Source of the DNA: an uncultured Actinomycetota bacterium
GTDB lineage: Bacteria > Actinomycetota > Geothermincolia > Geothermincolales > RBG-13-55-18
Assembly: GCA_964592775.1 (NCBI GenBank)
Contig: CAZQFX010000004.1
Span: forward strand, 1-40,166
DNA: 40,166 nucleotides
Direction: 5' to 3'
A program made the translations under genes and the position numbers. Under the pieces are notes generated by a model. The model worked only from the letters and a program-made list of their open reading frames with translations, made no database searches and was not told where the DNA came from. Numbering within the stretch: position 1 is the first letter of the stretch; each line of letters begins with the position of its first letter. Below are positions 35,614 through 40,166 of this stretch, one piece after another.

Positions 35614-36723
35614 GTGTTCTACGACGTGATGGCCATGGGAGCGGGGCCGGGCGGCTGCATGGCCGCCAGGACGCTCACGGGCGCCGGTTTCAGGGTGGTC
35701 CTGCTGGAAAAGGAGAGGATCCCCCGCGACAAACCCTGCGGCGGCTTCCTCTCGCCCCAGGCCGTTTCACACATCGAGGAAGCTTTCGGGCCCATCCCCG
35801 GCGACTGCCGCTCCTCCCCGCAGCGGGCACTCGGCGCCCGTCTGCTCTGTGAAGGCGGGGGCGATTACGAACTCCCTTTCTCCGCACCCGGCTCGTCTGT
35901 CGTGCGTTCACGCCTGGACGCCTTTCTTGCCGCGGGTTGCGGAGCCACGGTCATGGACGGCTGCGAGGTGGAGGGCCTCGAAGTGGGGCGCTTTCGCGTG
36001 AAAGCGCGATTGAAACCCCTCGAGGGAGGGGAAGAGACGGTGGAAGCGACCTATCTCCTGGCCGCGGACGGAGCGGACTCCATGGCGCTGCGCTCTCTCC
36101 GCCCCGAGTTCCACCGTACTTATGCGGCTCCGCGCCTGCAGCGGAGCATGTTGGTGCTCAGCGGCGGGAGGATGGAATGGGATCCGGAGTGGATGGGCCT
36201 CGTGCTCATGCGGAAAGGTTCGGGTATCGCGCGCTTTTTCGCAAAGGACGGCCTTATCGGCCTGGCGGTGAACCATGGCGGCGCCAGGGGGTGGCGGGAA
36301 GAGCTGGACGGGCTCACCGCCTTCCTGCGGCGGAGTGTGGGACTGCGGGTCGAAGGAGAGACCATGCGCCAGATAACGGCCTCCAACCGCATGGCGGCCG
36401 GAGGGCATTATAACCTGGGAGCGGGATGCGCCCTGCTGGCGGGGGAGGCGTCCGGGCTCCTGGACCCCTGGGGCTTCGGCATCCGCCTGTCATTGGAGAG
36501 CGGGCGCGTGGCCGGGGAGTCCATCGTGGAGAGCGCGGGGGAAAGCATCACGCCCCACATCCGCTACCGCTACCGCATGCGGGAAATACTGGAGCGTGAG
36601 CTCAGGCAGCGCCGCGACCTCAGCGGCGGAATGGGGGATCTGGAAACCGCGTCCCTGGCCGGTGACAGGAGCCGCGCCGCCCGGCGTGACAGGCGCGCCC
36701 TGCGCCGCCGCTTCTCGAAGTGA
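35614..36723 (+). CDS. FAD-dependent oxidoreductase (geranylgeranyl reductase-like family)
   Basis: 369 aa. GTG start. YDVMAMGAGPGGCMAA dinucleotide fold, LLEKE, and LLAGEASGLLDP near the C-terminus. The tail is Arg-rich. Confidence 0.8.
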   Translation: MFYDVMAMGAGPGGCMAARTLTGAGFRVVLLEKERIPRDKPCGGFLSPQAVSHIEEAFGPIPGDCRSSPQRALGARLLCEGGGDYELPFSAPGSSVVRSRLDAFLAAGCGATVMDGCEVEGLEVGRFRVKARLKPLEGGEETVEATYLLAADGADSMALRSLRPEFHRTYAAPRLQRSMLVLSGGRMEWDPEWMGLVLMRKGSGIARFFAKDGLIGLAVNHGGARGWREELDGLTAFLRRSVGLRVEGETMRQITASNRMAAGGHYNLGAGCALLAGEASGLLDPWGFGIRLSLESGRVAGESIVESAGESITPHIRYRYRMREILERELRQRRDLSGGMGDLETASLAGDRSRAARRDRRALRRRFSK

Positions 36724-36732
36724 AGGGGTGCC

Positions 36733-37479
36733 TCAGGGGCTATAGCGGAAGTGCTCGTACCATCGCATGGGCTGCTCCGGGCCCTGGGCGAGCAGGGTCC
36801 ACAGCGCCGAGGCGATGCTCTTTGCCCCCTGCAGCGCCAGCCTCCCCCGCAGGCCGGGAACGGCCAGCACGGGGGGGAATTCACCCGGCGTGGCCTGGGG
36901 AGACTCCTTGCGGGCTTCCTTTTTTGCCAGGGGCAGCTCGATGACGGCCAGGCAGCATGGATCCCCCTTGGAAAGCAGGCTGGTGATCTTGGGCACCGCG
37001 AGGTCGGGGTTGAGCACGGAGAAGGTGCCGGCCTCCAGGGCCATCATCAGGCGGGTGCAGACGTCGGGGCAGGCGGCAAGCTCCCCCGCCGCCGGGCAGT
37101 ACCGTTCCTCCTTCACCGCCCTTCCTCTGGTCTCCTCGGTCCAGACGCCCTTCACTCCGGCCAGGCCGTCCTCGTAGTCGAGCACGCGCCCCAGGCTGCG
37201 CGCGTCACGGGGGTCGATATGCAGGGCCTCGCGGAGGATGGGGGCGCGCTCCTCCCCGATGCGGTAGAAGACGTACTGCAGAGCGCGCACCCCCGGCTCC
37301 CCGTAACGCTCGTACAGTTCCGGCAGGAGCCGGGTCAGCCCGCGCATCACCAGGCGGATGGGGACCTCGCGATGCCAGGCGGGGTCCAGCAGGTCCTTAG
37401 GCCGGGGGTGAAACGACCTTACCGCCAGGCCGTAGCCTACGGCAGAGGCAAAAAGCGCGCGTTTCGCCTTCTTGAACAA
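36733..37479 (-). CDS. hypothetical Cys-containing protein (possibly ATC-hydrolase-like fold)
   Basis: 248 aa with coding-like composition. YCPAAGELAACPDVC ... GDPCC motifs. The family call is only a resemblance. Confidence 0.55.
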   Translation of the reverse strand: MFKKAKRALFASAVGYGLAVRSFHPRPKDLLDPAWHREVPIRLVMRGLTRLLPELYERYGEPGVRALQYVFYRIGEERAPILREALHIDPRDARSLGRVLDYEDGLAGVKGVWTEETRGRAVKEERYCPAAGELAACPDVCTRLMMALEAGTFSVLNPDLAVPKITSLLSKGDPCCLAVIELPLAKKEARKESPQATPGEFPPVLAVPGLRGRLALQGAKSIASALWTLLAQGPEQPMRWYEHFRYSP

Positions 37480-37555
37480 GCTCCATCACTCCTCTTTGCG
37501 TCGTTTCGTCCCGGGTGACGAGACACCATGGCCGCCCGGAACCCGGGTATCGGGT

Positions 37556-38662
37556 TCACGGCGCCAGGGGGCGGTTGACGTCGATCTCCACCACTTCCCC
37601 CGTTGCCGCCCTGGCGGCGAAGACGATGCCCTTGGAGTTGTACTCCATGATGGTCAGCTCCTCGCCCTGAAAGTTCATGGTGCTCTGCCTCTCCGGCGGC
37701 CCGAATTCCTTCACCGCGTCCGCCGAAGGCGAGCCGATGCCCACGCCCTTGGGCGTCTTTCCGGCGTAGGGGGAACGCACGCCTACCGAAACCACGATGT
37801 CGAAATCCCCCAGGGCGTCGTTCCTGTCCATGTCCTCCATGTAGACGTTAAGCTTCCAGGGGCCGTATCCGCCGGTATAGGTGGCGAAGACCAGCCCCTC
37901 GGTGGTGAAGCCGGCGCTGTCGGGGGCCCCGTACTTCTCCTTCACCCTCCTGAACTCGTCATCGATGTTTATGCCCGCCACCGTCTGGCCGGGAACGATG
38001 GGGGCCGACCCGTTCACGCCGAAAAGCCCGCCCTGCGCGTCGCCTCCGTCGCCCTGTTCCTCAACGGGGCGCAATCCTCCGTAGGCGGCCACCACCACCG
38101 TTATCACCCCGTCTTTCCGCGCGATGAGGAACTCCACTCCCTTCCGGCCGTACGAATACAGCTGCAGCTTCTCGCCCTCCGGCCCCTGGGTCTCGGTGAT
38201 GCTCTCGCAGGGCCCGAACTCCCCCTCCACGTCGCCCGGCGTGCTCCCCATCCCCACGCCGCCGGAGGTCAGGCCGTAGTAGGGCGCAGACACCTCCACC
38301 GCCCCCACCTCGTCGGCGGCGTCGAGGTAGCCGTTGCCGCCGTCGTACAGGGTGACCACCATGCGCCAGGAGGCGGGATCGTTTATGTCCCCCCCCTCGC
38401 GCGTCCTGGCGTAGTAGGCGTAGTGGTAGCCGCCGTCCTCGAGGTTCAGCTCGGGGTCGCCGTGCGCTTCCCGCACCGCCGAGTAAGGGTCGCCGATATT
38501 GACCTCGGCCACGGAGTATCCGGGCACGATGGGATCGCGGTCCCAAGCGGAGAGATCCACCCCGCCGCCGCCGCACCCGGCCGGCGCGGCGGCGGCGGTT
38601 GACATGGCCAGCGCCGCTGACGCCAGGCGGGCGGTGAGCGTTTTCGCCCGGTTCTTTCCCAT
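37556..38662 (-). CDS. lipoprotein with internally duplicated domain
   Basis: 368 aa. Signal peptide ending AAAPAGC. Two homologous halves: PIVPGYSVAEVNIGD..GVGMGSTPGDVEGEFGPCE..GVEFLIARKDGVITVV and PIVPGQTVAGINIDD..GVGIGSPSADAVKEFGPPE..GIVFAARAATGEVVEI. Confidence 0.75.
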   Translation of the reverse strand: MGKNRAKTLTARLASAALAMSTAAAAPAGCGGGGVDLSAWDRDPIVPGYSVAEVNIGDPYSAVREAHGDPELNLEDGGYHYAYYARTREGGDINDPASWRMVVTLYDGGNGYLDAADEVGAVEVSAPYYGLTSGGVGMGSTPGDVEGEFGPCESITETQGPEGEKLQLYSYGRKGVEFLIARKDGVITVVVAAYGGLRPVEEQGDGGDAQGGLFGVNGSAPIVPGQTVAGINIDDEFRRVKEKYGAPDSAGFTTEGLVFATYTGGYGPWKLNVYMEDMDRNDALGDFDIVVSVGVRSPYAGKTPKGVGIGSPSADAVKEFGPPERQSTMNFQGEELTIMEYNSKGIVFAARAATGEVVEIDVNRPLAP

Positions 38663-38668
38663 CTCCGC

Positions 38669-39244
38669 CTATTCCCCCTCCCACTCTTGCTTCGCGCTTC
38701 CGTCTCCGAGGCCGCGCCGGGTGTAGACTACGGGGATGTCCATGGCACGCGCCACGCTCTCGACGATGAGGAAGGCCTTGGCGCGGTTTTCCGCGGGAGC
38801 CCCGGTCGTGCCGGAGCGGAAGAGCTTCATGGGACGGCCGTTCTTTCGTTTCAGGCAGACGCGGACGAAATAGGAGAGGTCCCTCCTGGAGGTTTGCCCT
38901 CCTTCCGCGGTGGGGACGCGGGGCGACTCGGCGACCTCCACTTCCTCCAGGTCATCCCGGCCCAGGCGGCGGCGGCTGGAAATGAAATAACGGTAGCGTT
39001 CCAGCGTCAGTTCGCGTGCGGCGGGGTCGACGGAGACGTAGGTGGGGGAGGAGAAGATGGCGAACATGCTGTAGAAGAGCAGGACCACGCAACTGATACC
39101 CAGGGGGAGGCGCATGATCCCGATGGTGGCCAGCACGGCGAAGGTGACCGAAGTGTAGAAGATAAAGGCGTGGATGCCCTCCCACGGGCCTCCCCGGACC
39201 TCGAACTCCATGCGTTCGCCTGCCCTCGCGGCCGCCTCCGCCAT
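38669..39244 (-). CDS. hypothetical membrane protein (2 TM helices + soluble C-terminal domain)
   Basis: 191 aa. AGGAGG RBS. Hydrophobic segments AFIFYTSVTFAVLATIGIM and ISCVVLLFYSMFAIF. The stop lies 6 nt before the lipoprotein ATG. Confidence 0.7.
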   Translation of the reverse strand: MAEAAARAGERMEFEVRGGPWEGIHAFIFYTSVTFAVLATIGIMRLPLGISCVVLLFYSMFAIFSSPTYVSVDPAARELTLERYRYFISSRRRLGRDDLEEVEVAESPRVPTAEGGQTSRRDLSYFVRVCLKRKNGRPMKLFRSGTTGAPAENRAKAFLIVESVARAMDIPVVYTRRGLGDGSAKQEWEGE

Positions 39245-39379
39245 TTTTCCTCCTGACCTCTGGTCCCTTGTCCCAGGCGGCTCTTACCGCTGCCATTATA
39301 ACCTATGGGAGGACGGCTTCCCCGGTCAAATGCGAGCGTATTCATGGACCTGGGTACCGGGAACCCGCGTAGCGGAGGA

Positions 39380-39634
39380 TCAGTCACCGGTGACCTTGTA
39401 GACGACGTCGTGTTCGCGCGCATGCCCTTCGGACTTGATGCCGACGACGTCGCCGGGACCCGCCCTCTCCACCTGGTCGTGTTCTATCTGCATGGACGAC
39501 ACCACCTGGGTCCAATCGGAGGTATGCCCCTTGATGTGGATGGTATCTCCCACCTTCAGCTCGTCCTCGAGTTCGATCGCCGCGACGCTGATATGGCCGA
39601 AGAAGTGCGTGACCCTCCCGATTTGCTTCTCCAT
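39380..39634 (-). CDS. small EF-Tu domain-2-like (translation elongation factor-like) protein
   Basis: 84 aa. RBS GGAAGGGAGG. IGRVTHFFGHISVAAIEL..GDTIHIKG..GDVVGIK beta-barrel pattern. Confidence 0.7.
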   Translation of the reverse strand: MEKQIGRVTHFFGHISVAAIELEDELKVGDTIHIKGHTSDWTQVVSSMQIEHDQVERAGPGDVVGIKSEGHAREHDVVYKVTGD

Positions 39635-40047
39635 GGTTCACCTCCCTTCCCGTCACGATAAACGGCGCTCCCGGGTCTCACCCCGTTCCCCGCAGGGATG
39701 AGCCGATCGCGGTTATATAAAAAGCTACCCCGTTACCGAGGGCATGAAACCGTTTACCGAGAGAGCGCGGGTACGCCCGACCACCGCCGTTCTATGCCAT
39801 TTTTCGGGAGGGGCGGCCGTAAATCCTGCGACGCCGTCCATGCCCCTAGCGCCGGGACCGCTTCGCGCGGTCCAGAGGAAAAGCTGCCGGCCGTTGGCCG
39901 CCGCCTCGCGGTCGGGTCATGCCGGCGGGCGGCGCTCCGCGCCAGGTCTGGAATCTTGGATTCCGAAAGAATGGCGCATTGATGCATGATCATAAGGCAC
40001 AATCGTAAGATCCAAGACCTGTCCCCGTTCATCTTCCTGCCCGATCG

Positions 40048-40166
40048 CCCACACTTCTCGAGACCATGTTATATAATATGGTTCTTCTCCCAGAAGCGTG
40101 GGTAGAGAGACGCAAGTGATTTAGCGCGAGTACGGAAAAGAGCTGGCAGTTAAGGTATGGGCACAC
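40048..40166 (+). repeat. F1 inverted arms flanking ATGTTATATAATAT, then the 88-nt long form, copy B (runs off the right edge)
   Basis: CCCACACTTCTCGAGACC (40048-40065) is an imperfect reverse complement of GGTTCTTCTCCCAGAAGCGTGGG (40080-40102). Positions 40079-40166 match 35241-35328 at 78/88. Confidence 0.8.

Noticed and set aside
35241-40166. Calling 35241-40166 a genomic island or integrated mobile element because it is bounded by the two 88-nt repeats.
   Set aside because: The block has no integrase, transposase, phage or conjugation genes, and its gene composition resembles the rest of the window. The right boundary is outside the window. I kept it only as a hypothesis under the cysK finding.

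Overview
This is a 40.2-kb high-GC bacterial chromosomal window. DUF5318, frequent GTG/TTG starts and one near-leaderless start suggest an anaerobic Actinomycetota-like lineage, but that is inference only.

I support 34 protein-coding genes plus one gene fragment:
- NfnB/SudA-like oxidoreductase, DUF4349 lipoprotein and a secreted CocE/NonD-type hydrolase
- cooT with DUF5318, and a histidine phosphatase
- a moaA-moaC-MOSC-mog molybdenum-cofactor operon and glycerate kinase
- cooC translationally coupled to an NfnA/SudB-like subunit, and a CBS-pair protein
- two DAG-kinase-fold lipid kinases and a radical SAM enzyme
- a fadA-fadB pair, an MBL hydrolase and a zinc-ribbon membrane protein
- a tandem USP, a HAD-GH65 phosphorylase and a GT4 glycosyltransferase
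- metY-metX-metW followed by a truncated cysK/CBS 5' fragment
- an FAD oxidoreductase and a small membrane/lipoprotein operon

I found no rRNA, intact tRNA, CRISPR array, transposase, integrase or reverse transcriptase.

The unusual part is the non-coding fraction, about 7.7 kb or roughly one fifth by hand tally. Nearly every long gap carries structured or repeated DNA:
- a group II intron domain V/VI core with no intron-encoded protein (2457-2530)
- a MITE-like 163-bp element with 23-bp terminal inverted repeats and a TTA duplication
- several short interspersed repeat families. One of them (GGTTCTTCTCC..AAGCGTGGG) occurs at 9 or more loci, is promoter-proximal and hairpin-forming, and marks the exact breakpoint of the cysK fragment. 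Its 88-nt long form occurs twice.
- terminator/antiterminator leaders upstream of metY and moaA that I cannot assign to a known riboswitch class
- a 545-nt AT-rich gap with sRNA-like promoter-plus-terminator units

All of these are leads read by eye. None has been verified by a search.
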